Positions 40,701 through 52,960 of a DNA stretch of 64,000 nucleotides are shown piece after piece. A program made the translations under genes and the position numbers. The DNA is taken from the NCBI RefSeq assembly GCF_009914755.1, contig NC_060926.1, one strand, 5' to 3'. Source of the DNA: the human T2T-CHM13v2.0 reference genome, Homo sapiens. The notes beneath the pieces were generated by a model, which was not told where the DNA came from, did not search any database, and worked only from the letters and a program-made list of their open reading frames with translations. Each line of letters opens with the position of its first letter. The stretch's first letter is position 1.

Positions 40701-42796
40701 TGATATGGTTTTGCTCTGTCCTCACCCAAATCTCATCTCAAATTGTAATCCCCACTTGTTGAGAGAGAGACCTGGTGGGAGGTGATTGGATCATGGGCAG
40801 TTTTCCCTGTGCTGTTCTTACGATAGTGAGAGAGTTCTCACAAGATCTGATGGTTTAAAAGTGGCAGTTTTCCCTGTGTGTGCGTGCTCTCTCTCTCCCT
40901 TTCTCTCTCTCTCTGTCTCTCTCCTGCCGCCATGTAAGATGTGACTTGCTTCCCCTTCCATCATGATTGTAAGTTTCCCGAGGCCTCCCCAGCCATGTGG
41001 AACTGTGAGTCAATTAAACCTCTTTTGTTTATAAATTACCTAGTCTCATGTAGTATCTTTATAGCAGTATGAAAATGGACTAATGCAGGAAATTGGTTCC
41101 AGGAGTGGTGTACTGCTATAAAGATAACCTGAAAACGTGGATATGACTTTGGAACTGGGTAACCAGCAGGGGTTGGAACAAGTTGGAGAACTCAGAACAC
41201 GGGAAGATGAGAGAAAGTGTGGAATTCCCAGAGACTTTTTGAATGGTTTTGACCAAAATGCTGATACTGATATTGATAATGAAGTCCAGGCTGAGGTGGT
41301 TTCAGATGGAGATGAGGAACTTATTGGGAATGGGAGTAAAGGTCACTCATGCTATGCTTTAGCAAAGAGACTGACAGCATTTTGCCCCTGCCCTAGAGAT
41401 CTGTGGAACTTTGAACTTGAGAGAGATGATTTAGGGTATCTGGCAGAAGAAACTTTAAGCAGCAAAGCATTCAAGAGATAAACTGGATGATTCTGAGAGT
41501 GTTCAGTCATATGCATTCACAAAAGAGATGGTTTGAAATTGGAACCTATGTTTAAAAGGGAAGCAGAACATAAAAGTGTGGAAAATTTGCAACCTAACCA
41601 TGTGGTAGAAAAAAAAAAACCATTTTCTGTTTGAGGAATTCAAGCTGGCTGCAGAAATTTGCATAAGTAACAACAAGAAGAATGTTAATAGCCAAGACAA
41701 TAGGGAAAACATCTCCAGGTCCTGTCAGAGACCTTCCTGGCAACCCCTCCCATCACAGGCCTGGAGGCCTAGGGGGGAAAAATGGGCCAGGCCCAGGGCC
41801 CTGCTGCTCTGTGCAGCCCTGGGACATGGCACCCTGCATCCCAGCTGCTCCAGCTCCAGTTGTGGCTAAAAAGGGCCAAGGTACACCTCAGGCCATTGCT
41901 TCAGAGGGTGTAAGCCCCAAGCCTTGGTGGTTTCCACATGGTGTTGGGCCTGTGGGTGTGCAGAAGACAACAGTTGAGGTTTGGGAACCTCCACCTAGAT
42001 TTCAGAGGATGTATAGAAACACATGGATGTCCAGGCAGAAGTCTGCTGCAGGGACAGAGCCCTCATGGAGAACCTCTCCTAGGGCAGTGCAAAGGAGAAA
42101 TGTAAGGTTGAAGTCCCCACACAGAGTCTCCACTGGGGCACCACCTAGTGGAGCTGTGAGTAGAGGGCCATCCTTCTCCAGACCTCAGAATGGTAGATCC
42201 ACCGACAGCTTGCACGGTGTGCCTGGAAAGGCCACAGGCACTCAATGCCAACCCATGAAAGCAGCCACATGGGCCATACCATGGATAGCAGCAGAGATGC
42301 CCAATGCCTTGGGAGCTCACTCTTTGCATCGGCGTGTCCTGGAAGTGAGACATGGAGTCAAAGGAGATTATTTTGGAGCTTTAAGATTTAAGAAGTTCCC
42401 TCACAATAAGTTTTCTGACTTGCATGAGGTCTGTGGCCCCTTGGTTTTGGGCAGTTTCTCCCATTTGGTATGGTAACATTTACCAAATGCTGTACCTCCA
42501 TTGAATTTTAGAGGTAACTAACTTGTTTTTAATTTTACAGGCTCATAGGCTGAAGGGACTTGCCTTGTCTCAGATGAGACATTAGACTTGGACTTTTGAG
42601 TTAATGCGGGAATGATAAGACTTTGGGGGACTATTGGGAAGGCATGATTGGTTTTAAAATGTGAAAAGGGCATGAGACATGGGAGGGGCCAGGGGCAGAA
42701 TGATATGGTTTGGCTCTGTGTTCTCACCCAAATTTCATCTTGAATTGTAATTCCCCCATGTTGAGGGAGGAACCCAGTAGGAGATGATTGGATACA
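40701..42796 (+). mobile_element. THE1D MaLR provirus: 5' LTR 40701-41087, internal 41088-42700, collapsed 3' LTR 42701-42796
   Basis: tgatatggtt...ggactaatgca LTR; THE1-int ORF remnants (41137..41481, 41682..42476); purine tract gggaggggccaggggcagaa, then a second tgatatggtttggctctgtg. Confidence 0.92.
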
Positions 42797-42914
42797 CTGG
42801 TGGTGCAGAAAGAAAAGCTCTTTCCACCCCTACTCCACATGTGTTCTTCCAGGTTACTAAACAGATCCAGCTTGAGATCACACCCAAGACAGGACAATGT
42901 TGAAGGACACACAT

Positions 42915-43235
42915 GGTAGAGAAAAGAATAGTATTTAAGATGCTGCTTCAGAAAATGTCATTTCAAATTCTGGTGCTGCTACTTACTAGATGTATATGAT
43001 CTTAAAAACACTGTGTTTATTTCATTTTATTAGCACCATACTCTAACCAACTGAGCTATTTCTCTCCCATTCTAAATTAAATATTGGCATTCACTTCTAC
43101 TTTTGATTTTTAATCTAAAATAGGAAAAACACAGTGTTGTTTTTAGAACTGAGTTAATATATTTAAGTGCTTAGAATAGGAAGTTCTCCTAAAATGTTAA
43201 CTAATACCTTATCATATTTTTGTTATTAACATTAT
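42915..43235 (+). mobile_element. MIR (interrupted)
   Basis: ttcaaattctggtgctgctacttactagatgtatatgatctt...tctaaaatagg...gagttaatatatttaagtgcttagaatag. Confidence 0.6.
43027..43058 (-). pseudogene. tRNA-Ile(AAT) 5'-half fragment (tailless retropseudogene-like)
   Basis: Minus strand TAGCTCAGTTGGTTAGAGTATGGTGCTAATAA vs tRNA-Ile-AAT TAGCTCAGTTGGTTAGAGCGTGGTGCTAATAA (30/32; the difference is a decayed CpG). Confidence 0.75.
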
Positions 43236-43549
43236 AATACACAGAGTACTCTCCATGGCTTTACTTACCCTCCCAATTCCTGGATATATTTATTTCTGAA
43301 TGATCATAATGTAGAGGTAAAAGAGGTAATTTATGTATAGTTTTCCCGTTTCCTTCTATGTCTATCTCTTATCTTCAACCAGCATCTCTTAATGGTATTA
43401 TTGGGTTTCTGCTGGAATTCTCCACTTCCTAAGAAAACACTTTTTTTCACCACAAAGATATTTTTTGGTTTCTTCCTTCACCTTCCTTGGTCTTTGGTTT
43501 CTTCCTTCACCTTGGTTTTATTTGCAGAAATCCTGAAAAGATTTTTGAA

Positions 43550-45280
43550 AAATCATGTCATTTATTTAACAAATATTTAGTGTATCTACTATATAGCTAG
43601 TATGAGAGAACAACGACAGCCGCAATGACAAAATATGGTTTTGTCCTCATGGGACTTATGCTAGAGTATTAGAAGCAAACAATAAACTGGTTAACAAGTA
43701 TACAAACAAGATTTACTAATTGTATGAGTAATATTGCTATGATACAGGATAGATTGCTACTAGGGTAAAGGATTGGGTTTTTTAATTGAGATAATGTGGT
43801 CAGAGAAAGCCTCTTAAAGAGGTAAGTTTTCATTTGAGAACTGTATGTCAGAAGAGTAGTCCAGATTGCAAAAGTAGATTATCAACACTTGTAGATTGTC
43901 AGAGGTGAGAAACAGCTGGGCATGCTGTAGAATCCAAGGCTGGTATAAATTCAGTCCAGTGAACAAACAGAAAATGGATCCACCTGAGGTAAGGGGATGG
44001 ATGAATCAAGTCCATAGGGCCCTGTAGTCAACTTTAAGAAGTTAGATGCTATTATCAGTGTGATGAGAAGTCACTGCAGGATTTAAAATATTGATGTGAT
44101 GTCATTCAATTTATATTTCAAAGAGATAACACTGGACGACTTATGGTAAATAGGTTATAGTACGACATGTTTAGGTATCTACAGTTGTAGTCCTGGGAGA
44201 GAAGAGATGGTGATTTAGACTGATATGATAGTACTGGTGTGGGAAAGAATTGGATTTTTGACACATCTGTTGAAGTACTAAGATTTAACAATGGATTGGA
44301 TAATGGGCTGAGAAAAAAAATTACTCTTTCCTATAAGATCTCTTGCTGTGCCAAGTCAATGGATGGAGATATAATTTGGAGCAATAAGAAGGATTAGAAA
44401 CGAGGATAACTTCTGAAGAAAAAGAAATATTTAAAATTTGGACATGTTAACTTTGAGATTGTTAGCAAACATTTGTGCCAAATTATATTATTATTCTCAA
44501 TTATTTGCTGGCACTCTCTGTGGAAGATTATGTTCTCCTGTCACACTGATATCAGGCTTGACCACATGATTTTCTTGGCCTGATGAAATGTGAGTAGAAT
44601 TGACACATGCCACCCCTGGTAAAAGTTTCAAGAGTCATTGTGTAGTCTTCCCATTCTTCTTTTCCCTCTACCATGAAACCTTCAATCTGGATTCAAGGGT
44701 GAAAAAGACACATGGTTCAGGAATCTTCAGCTCACAAACAGCCAATATTTCATGAGGGCATAAATAAAACTTTGGTGTAATGTGCTAAGATTTGGGAGTT
44801 GTTAGTTACTGTATCATAACTTAGCCTAAGTCAAAAAATACAATGTCTAGGTGGATATGTTATGTAGGTGGTTGAAAAGACAAGCTTTGGGCTTAAGGAA
44901 GGTGTCAGGTTTAGATTTGTGGATTTGGAATTCATCAGTAAATAGATTTTATGTAAAGCCAAGGGATTGGATAAAATCATATCAGAAATGTGTGTCCATG
45001 AAGAAGTGAATAAGGAGGAACTAAGTCCAGTGATACTTTGACATTGAAGATTTAAAGAAGAGAAGTAGCTGCAAAGAAGAGCGAAAAGAACATGGCGAGT
45101 AAGCAAGCAAGAAGAGGAGGAGTCTTGTGTATCTTAAACTGCAGAATAGATGAACTAGAAAAGAAAGATTCCAGACCTTGAGTCTAGAATAATGGAAGAG
45201 CTTTGTGACATTGACAGGCTCAATTTCATTTAAGATGTAGGAACAGATTTAGACTGGAGTTGACTGAATGTGTGATACAG
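43550..45280 (-). mobile_element. L2a, interrupted by an MLT1 LTR
   Basis: catttatttaacaaatatttagtgtatctactat (L2 3' end) ... tttggacatgttaactttgagat | atgtctaggtggatatgtt...tttggaattcatcag. Confidence 0.8.
44474..44842 (+). mobile_element. MLT1I/MLT1J-like MaLR solo LTR
   Basis: tgaaatgtgagtagaattgacacatgccac...gagttgttagttactgtatcataacttagcctaa...aataca. Confidence 0.75.
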
Positions 45281-45329
45281 ATTTCTTCTATTTTTATATA
45301 TATTTTGGTCATTTCACTTAGGATTTAGG

Positions 45330-45330
<1 letters not shown>

Positions 45331-45365
<35 letters not shown>

Positions 45366-45373
45366 GGTAGATA
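45331..45373 (+). repeat. (GATA)8 tetranucleotide STR
   Basis: Eight perfect gata units at 45331-45362, then gatggtagata. Confidence 0.95.
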
Positions 45374-46494
45374 ATGTTCAGGCCTTCACTTAAATTTACC
45401 ACAAATGAAGAAATTTTAGATGTTTTATCCAGGTAGCATAATAACCTTTGGGAAGCTCTATTTGCCAAAATTCTATATATGTATATTTCTAAATAATAAT
45501 GGCCATTACTTTGGGATTAATTTTTTTCTTCTTTTTTCCTCCAAAATGCTGTTACTTCTTGGGACGTTAAAGGTTAAATGAGTCTCCATTAATTCCCTTA
45601 GATTCACTCCTTTCATCTAGAAATATTGTTTTAGATATTTCCAGACTTGTACTTGAAGTAAAACTACAATTTCAGAAAAATCTCATTATGTAGGATATGT
45701 CCATCAAACTATTTTCTTGTCATTGAGTACTCCATAAACATACTTAATGGGCAACATTGTAATAGCAGTGGAAAACCTAGCACGAAACTGGCTAGATTTA
45801 TGCAGTTATCTTGCAAAAATGTTTTCTGTTAGATTTCTGTCTTTTTGAAGAAAAAGCTAAAAAAAAAAATCCGTATTACTATTTGCAGTGTAGTCTTCGC
45901 TGAGAATATTGTCCCTACCTTGAATATCTCTCTCAATTGGTAAATAAGTCCAAATGGAATTTTCACATCTTCTATAGTAACACATTCCTTTATGACATTT
46001 CTGACAAAAGCTCTGCAGGATTTTGTGTTATAGATTCCTAGTTGAGGAGACAATAGAGGCACAGAAAGCAATAATAAACACACCTCCAGCAGAAGATAAT
46101 GACTTAAAAAGTGTGCTATATTCTTTTGAATAGAGATTATGTGTGCAAATACTGCAGTTCAGATGGCAGAATCAGAAATAACTGCAATTGGGGACAACAG
46201 AAGTAAGATGATTTTGCAAACAAACAGAAAACTTAACAAGAAATGATTATTTTTATGGAAGATGGGAATCACAGTGGATAAAACCTATCATGTAAACACT
46301 GAAGGTGCTGATTGAAATAATTCCCTGATATTATTTCTTCCAAATGTTTCCAGGGAATTGCAAAGTTTATGGGTCATGAAAATTGTTGAAACCAACACCT
46401 CAATTATAAAGCAATCTCAGCGGTATAGGAAAGTCAAGAGCCTAAACTCATATCAGAAAACCACCAAAATGCCTTACAAATGTTACAAGTATTA

Positions 46495-46910
46495 TCGATT
46501 CAGCCTGCAAGTGCTGATTACAACCCTACTGTGTGACTATCAGTGTGCTAGGTGCTGAAACAGCTGACAAGTCAAAGATGATTTTTCTCAAGAACTTCAC
46601 AACCTGGTGGGAGATGAGGAACAGATATGTTAATATAATTACAAATATTGAATCAGGAACAGGTAGTAAATTTAAGTAGATAAATTAAGTAGTAAATTTA
46701 AATAGGTAGTAAATTTAAATATCCATGCAAGAACTTTAAACATTATTAGAAAGCTGTTTTTCCTCTGTGATGATGTCTATGATAGACGTGAATGCAGACT
46801 TATGCAATTGCAGAAAAGAGAGTGAAAAAACAAGTATCTGGAACATTTAGGGTTGGGGCTTCATAGAGGTAATAGTTTTCACACATACAAATAAGGCAAG
46901 AAAGAGCATT
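46495..46910 (-). mobile_element. L2 3' fragment
   Basis: ccctactgtgtgac...gtgctaggtgctga...ctcaagaacttcacaacctggtggga. Confidence 0.55.
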
Positions 46911-46924
46911 CTTTGACTTTTTTC

Positions 46925-47835
46925 CACAGAAAGAGATATAATTGAAAAACAATTAGTTGCATACATTTTGATCTTCAATCTGATAAGTTCTGATATATTT
47001 ATGTCACCACATTCAAGATAATAAACATTTCCATTACCACCAAAGTGTCCTTGTGCCCCTTGGCAATCCGTCTTTTCCTCCTCACCCCACTCCTAGACAA
47101 TCACTGATTGGCTCACTGTCAACATGGGTTAGTTGCATTCTTCAAAAATTTTATATAAATGACATCATACAGTGTGCACTCTTTCGCTCAGCATGATTTT
47201 GAGACTTATATATGCCATTGTATGTATCAATAGTGTGTTCCTTTTTGTAGCTAAGTAGTAAGTAAATAGTAAGTCCATTATGGATATGCCATAATTTGTT
47301 AATTTTTCATCCATCGAAAGACATTTGAGTTGTTTCCCAAAATGTAGCCAAATTGCTATGGCCATTCTTGTACAAATCTTTTTGTGGAAATATATACATG
47401 TATTTATTTATAAACATATATATATATTTTTAACTTGAGTAAGCAACTACAAGTGTAATGGATTGGTGGATAGAATATGCATGTTTAGCTTGTTATGAAA
47501 CCAACATAGCAAAAGTGGCTGTACAATTTTCTCTTTCTACCAGCAATGTAAGTGCATTCCAGTTACTCCACAACCTTCCCAACACTATGTCAACTTTTTC
47601 ATTCCAATGGGTGTATATCATGCAGTTTTAATTTGCATTTTCCTAATGATTACTAATGTTCAGTATCTTCTCAAGTGCTTATTGATCATTTTTGTACTTT
47701 TATAAAATGTCTTCTCAAATCATTTGCTTGTTTTTGATGAGTTCTTCATTTTCTTAACATTGATTTGTAATGTTCCTTTATGGACTCTGAACACAAGTCT
47801 TTTGGTTGACATATGTGTCATTTATTCTTTGATGT
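46925..47835 (-). mobile_element. Old L1M (MC/MD class) 3' end
   Basis: ttgagacttatatatgccattgtatgtatcaatagtgtgttcctttttgtagctaagtag; ORF 47165..47365 is L1 ORF2 C-terminal-like (KQLKCLSMDE). Confidence 0.8.
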
Positions 47836-48473
47836 TTATTAAAGCCATGTGATGAAAGTCAGAAAAGAAGAGAGTTGAGGGAAAATAGTAAATCTAGAAG
47901 TATCTGGTTTAAAGTTGATTCTATGGAATAGCTTCATGAAAGAATATTCTCTAAGGAGAGAAAATATAAAGGAAATAGGAAATCTGGATACAGGTACCAA
48001 GTAGAAACCATCTAGGTTATTGGAATCAATGATTCTCTTGGAATGTGGAAAGGAAATTATGTGCATTCAATATGCAAAATAATTATTTTCTTCACATTAA
48101 AGTGTATATTCTATTGAGTTCAATATTATACAAAATCCTTTGTTTCTGACTACATTGACTCTTTATAGCAACCATGTAAAGATGAAAAATGTATCCTCTC
48201 TCCATCATTTTATTTCAAATGCTCAATGTGTACACTATAAAGAAATTATATTTTGACAAATTTAAATTTAATAATGTGAAAGCTAGAAAGATAAACAGAA
48301 GCTGCTTTAAGTGGTTGAAATAAAAAGGACAAAAGTTTCTTTTCTCCTTTCCTCTAATTCTTTTATGAAATCTTTTTCCATGTTTTAGATGACCCAGATT
48401 GTTCCACTTGTATTTTTTTCAAGCCTCCCTTGTGTTTCCCAGAGAACAATAAGTATGTGTTGGTGAATGTAGG

Positions 48474-49009
48474 TGTGATGGTTAATATTGAGTGTCAACT
48501 TCATTGGACTAAAGGATGCAAAATATTACTCCTTGGTGTGTCTGTGAGGGTGTCGCCAAAGGAAATTAACATTTGAGTCAGTGGACTGGGAGAGGCAGAC
48601 CCACCCTCAATCTAATTAGCTACCAGTGCAGCTAGAATAAAGCAGGAAAGAGAAGATGGAAGAGCAGACTTACTGAGACTTCCGGCCTCTGTCTTTCTCT
48701 CGTGCTGGATACTTCCTGCCCTCAAACATCATATTCCAAGTTCTTCACCTGACTCTTGGAGTTACATCAGTGCTTTGCCAGGGACTCCCGGGCCTTTGGC
48801 CACAGACTAAAGGCTGCACTGTCGGCTTCCCTACTTTTGAGGTTTTGGGATTCAGACTGATCTACCACTGGCCTCCTTGCTCTTCAGCTTGCACACAGCC
48901 TATTGTGGGACTTTATTTTGTGATCGTGTGAGTCAATCCTCCTTAATAAACTCCCTTTCATATATACATATATCCTGTTAGTTCTGTCCCTCTAGAGAGC
49001 CCTAATACA
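48474..49009 (+). mobile_element. MLT2A2 (HERV-L) solo LTR
   Basis: tgtgatggttaatattgagtgtcaac...ggcctttggccacagactaaaggctgcactgtcggcttccctacttttgagg...ccctaataca; TSD gtagg/gtaag. Confidence 0.88.
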
Positions 49010-49559
49010 GTAAGAGATTACATGGGATGAATCAGAAAATCATAAAACATGGAAAGGGTCCTTAGGCAAAAATATTTGTTTCTTTCTCTCCTGTTCAAGG
49101 CCTAGCTCTGCGTGTGTGTGTAACATACACACACATACACGTTAAACACCAGTTAAACATGCATCATTCCCTACAGTCCTCTTTTTTCCTCTTCATCAGT
49201 TTCAATTCCATTATTATTTAAAGCAATTGGTATTATATATTTCTGTCTTACTCCTTGGCCAAATCTCAATATAGTTTATCCAAACTATCTGTCTTTTCTG
49301 AACCTACAGGAGAGAAGCTGGAGTTTGAAGGAGAAAAACCACACAGCTAGTTATGTTTTAAATACGTGACTGCAAATTGAAAATTCGCTATTGTTGGAAA
49401 TCTATCACTTTCCCCTGGTGATTTTTGATACCACACTTTGTAAAAAATATACATATGAAGGCATCTTCTGTCATCTCATAGCTTGTAGACACCTCTCAAC
49501 ACCTTGGTGAACTAAATACTTCATTACAATAATGCATTTCTGCTTAATGGTTTCCTATA

Positions 49560-50700
49560 TAGGAAAATAGTCCTGTATTTATTTTTAAAAATAAATGTTA
49601 GTGCAAGCTTAGAAAGAATATGCATTCTACAGAAATTTAAAGCAGGATTCTATATATATCTCTGAGTTTAATTTTCCACTAGAGATGTTCAAATGTTTTA
49701 TCTCCTCACTGATTATTTTTGTCTGTATGTGCTATCAACTAATAAGAGAGGTGTGTTATGTCTCACTGTGGTCGTGAATTTGACAATTCCTCTGTAGGTC
49801 TGTCAGTTATTGCTTTATATTTTGAGGCCACATAATTAGGCACTTACAGATTCAGGATTGCTGTATCTTCTTGGTGAATTTATCCGTTTATCATTATCAT
49901 GTGATTTATACTAAGATTTTTACTTTAATATCTATCAGGTATACTATTAATATAGCTACAGAATATCCACATGCAAGTGTTTCTCAGAACATTTTCACTG
50001 CCTATCATTATTAAAGGACAATTTGCTTCATGTAAATATTAGTTTTACCGTTCTCTTTCAGCACATTGGCCACCTTTTTCTCTGTATTCCTGACTTTATT
50101 GCTCTGGATAAGTCATGGGTCAATTTAACTGCAGTTTGGTTTTTTTTTTTTGAAGGAACTGTGCTGTAATTTTCTTACCACTTTTAAGATTGTTCTCCTT
50201 GTCTTTGGTTTGCTACAGTTTCTGGATGATGAGTCTAGATGTAGATTTCTTTTAAACTTTTATGCAGCAAATATATATGTACTGGAGTGATATGCATCTA
50301 TCTATTCCTCCAGAGCTATGCTATTAAAGTCTGGGACTGCTTGAACTCCTTTTGAGGGTCCAAGTTTTCTGAGACACTCAGATTTGGTGCTCTAACTTAA
50401 CAAGCACATGACTAAATCTTTGGTTCCCATTTTTCCATCCTAGTATCCACATTTGTCCCCAAGGCAACCTCAAATTTCAAGTGTGCTTGCCACTTATCAT
50501 TCCCATTTGATCTGTCCATTTGGTGAGCTAAAGCTTTCTTCACATCTTTACACGCCTTAAATGGATTAAAATATGTTTGGTGTATCATGTATCATATATA
50601 GGATAAAATGTTGGTTTAGGTCAGTCTCTACACATTTAGACTTCTATATAACAAACAGGAGTGCCACATTCACTTTTCAAATTAGTCCAGCTATGCTTCC
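49560..50700 (-). mobile_element. Old L1M (L1ME-like) 5'/endonuclease-region remnant
   Basis: gagaggtgtgttatgtctcactgtggtcgtgaatttgacaattcctc...gctttatattttgagg is the antisense L1M EN-region pattern. Confidence 0.6.
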
Positions 50701-50741
50701 ATAACTGCCACTCCACTCCAAAGACATTTTTTTTGTTTTTG

Positions 50742-50883
50742 TCTCCTTTCCTTCCTTCCTTCCTTCCTCTCTCTCTCCTTTCTTTCTTTCTCTTTCTTTC
50801 TTTCCTTCCTTCCTTTCTTCTTTCCTTCTTTCTTTCTTTCCTTCTTTCCTTCCTTCCTTCCTTCTTTCCTTCCTTCCTTCTTT

Positions 50884-50954
<71 letters not shown>

Positions 50955-50993
50955 CTTTCTTCCTTCCTTCCTTCCTTCCTTCCTTCCTTTCTC

Positions 50994-51058
<65 letters not shown>

Positions 51059-51083
51059 TTTCTTTTTCTTTCCTTTTTTTTTC
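50742..51083 (+). repeat. ~340-bp pure polypyrimidine tract (CTTT/CCTT/CT compound STR), derived from an Alu tail
   Basis: Only C and T from 50742 to 51083, directly abutting the antisense Alu body. Confidence 0.95.
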
Positions 51084-51221
51084 AGGGTCTCACTCTTTTG
51101 CCCAGGTTGGAATGCACTGGCATGATTATGGTTCACTGCAGCCTCTACCTCCTGGGCTCAAGTGATCCTCCCAGCTCAGCCACCTCCCAACTACTTGGGA
51201 CCACAGACACATGACACCATG

Positions 51222-51275
<54 letters not shown>

Positions 51276-51370
51276 AAGACAGGGCTGCACTATGTTGCCC
51301 AGACTGATCTCAGATTCATGGGCTGAAGTGAAAGTGCTGGGATTATGGGCATGAGCTGCCACACCCAGCC
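51083..51370 (-). mobile_element. AluJ with (TCTA)13 replacing the middle A-rich linker
   Basis: cagggtctcactc...ctgggctcaagtgatcctcc; (tcta)13 at 51222-51273; ends ccacacccagcc. Confidence 0.88.
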
Positions 51371-51384
51371 TATACTCCACCTAT

Positions 51385-52960
51385 TTTTATCAGTGTCTCC
51401 AATTACCTTCATGTTGCCAAACCAAGGAAAATTTATTTGACTTTATTTTCTTTAAAGAGCTTGCAGCATTTAACAGAGTTGAACATCACGTGGGGGATGT
51501 GTGTGTGTGAAAGAGAGTTAATTCTATTAAATGTCCTCTTTTGGAAATGCTGTTGATTTTCCTCTTACTTTCTGGATTTTTTTTTTTATGTCTTTTCTGC
51601 TACTTCATCACCTTTACATGTTGAGGGTGTCCCTGGTTCAAGTATTATTCTCCTCTTCTTCCCCTCTTCTCACCTCTCCTCTTCTCTGCTATTTCCTTTA
51701 ATATTCTTTGTTCCAGAAATGTAATTAGTTATACTTTGAACATGTTACTTCTCTGTGTCACAGAATGCTCATCAATAAAACTGAAATGATATGAGTAGCC
51801 TACTCCACAGGGTTGTTGGAAGATTTGAGTTAACACAAGTAAAGTGCTTTAAAAAATGCCTGGCTTATAATAAGTATTTGGCAAATATTTTACTACTTTT
51901 CTCTTTTCTTTGTACATTCCCTGAATGATAGGATATAATTATACCATGATTATATCATGTAATCCTACCAGGTAATTACCATTTTTAAGTCATACTTAAG
52001 ATGATTTTCAGCCTTATGTCTATCAGTTGTGATCACTCTACTAAGCAGTAAACCCACATATACAGCTGCCTACTTCACATTTCACTTTGCTGTCCAATGA
52101 ACACAACAAATTTAACATATATACAGAAAAACTTTAATGTTCCAAATTCCAGTGCTAAACAAACAGCATTATTCATTTTTCCTGACTTGGTAAATGATGT
52201 CTCTACCCATCCTTTTATAAGTCGGAAACATAAAGACATTTTTCTTGCCATCCTTTTTTATCACATACACAACACTTAACTCATTAGAAAATCTTGTCAA
52301 TTCTAACTGTAAAAGGTATCTTAAATGTATCCATTTCTTTTAATGTCCATTGCTCTCACCATCATGCAAACATCACCAATTCTTAACCAGAATATAACCA
52401 CTATTAGTCTATTCATTCACTCTTCTGTCCTACTCCTCAAATTTCATACAATTGCCAAAGTGATATTTTATTATTACACATTCCTCATATCCTTCCTTTA
52501 AAACAAACCCTTGATTGGATTATAATCAGATATAGATTAAAATTAGAAGCTTTTGCTGTGCCCTGGGTGACATTTCCTACCTCTCAAAAATCATTTTAAG
52601 TCATTTTACTTATTCCTGGCATTCATTGCACTTTGGATATTATGGCTTTTAGTTCTTCAAGCATGTCATGCACTTTCTCAGTGTAGGGGGAGAGTTTACA
52701 CATGCCATTCTTGCTGAATGAAATGATTCTCTCCTAATTCTTCATCTGATGAACTCTGACTCAGCCTTTGTGTCACAGCTTAAATGTCACTTCTGATAAC
52801 TCTTTCTTGACTACCTGATATAAATTGGGGGCCCCTGTAATTCCATCAAGACACTGAATTTTTTCCTTTACAGCACTTATCAAATTTGCCATTTGATAAG
52901 TAAAAGTTGTAATTTCATATTTATTTGTGTGTTGTTTAATGACTCTCTCCCATATAACCT
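51385..52960 (+). mobile_element. L2 with a nested MIR (~51720-51900)
   Basis: ccaattaccttcatgttgccaaa, cagcatttaacagagttga, cagcttaaatgtcacttc; MIR cacagggttgttggaagatttgagttaacac. Confidence 0.7.

Noticed and set aside
41682-42476. 264-aa ORF as a host gene
   Set aside because: It lies wholly within the THE1 internal region and is a common MaLR-int ORF remnant.
50636-51136. Lys/Glu/Arg-rich and Phe/Leu/Ser-rich ORFs
   Set aside because: Translations of the CTTT/CCTT microsatellite.
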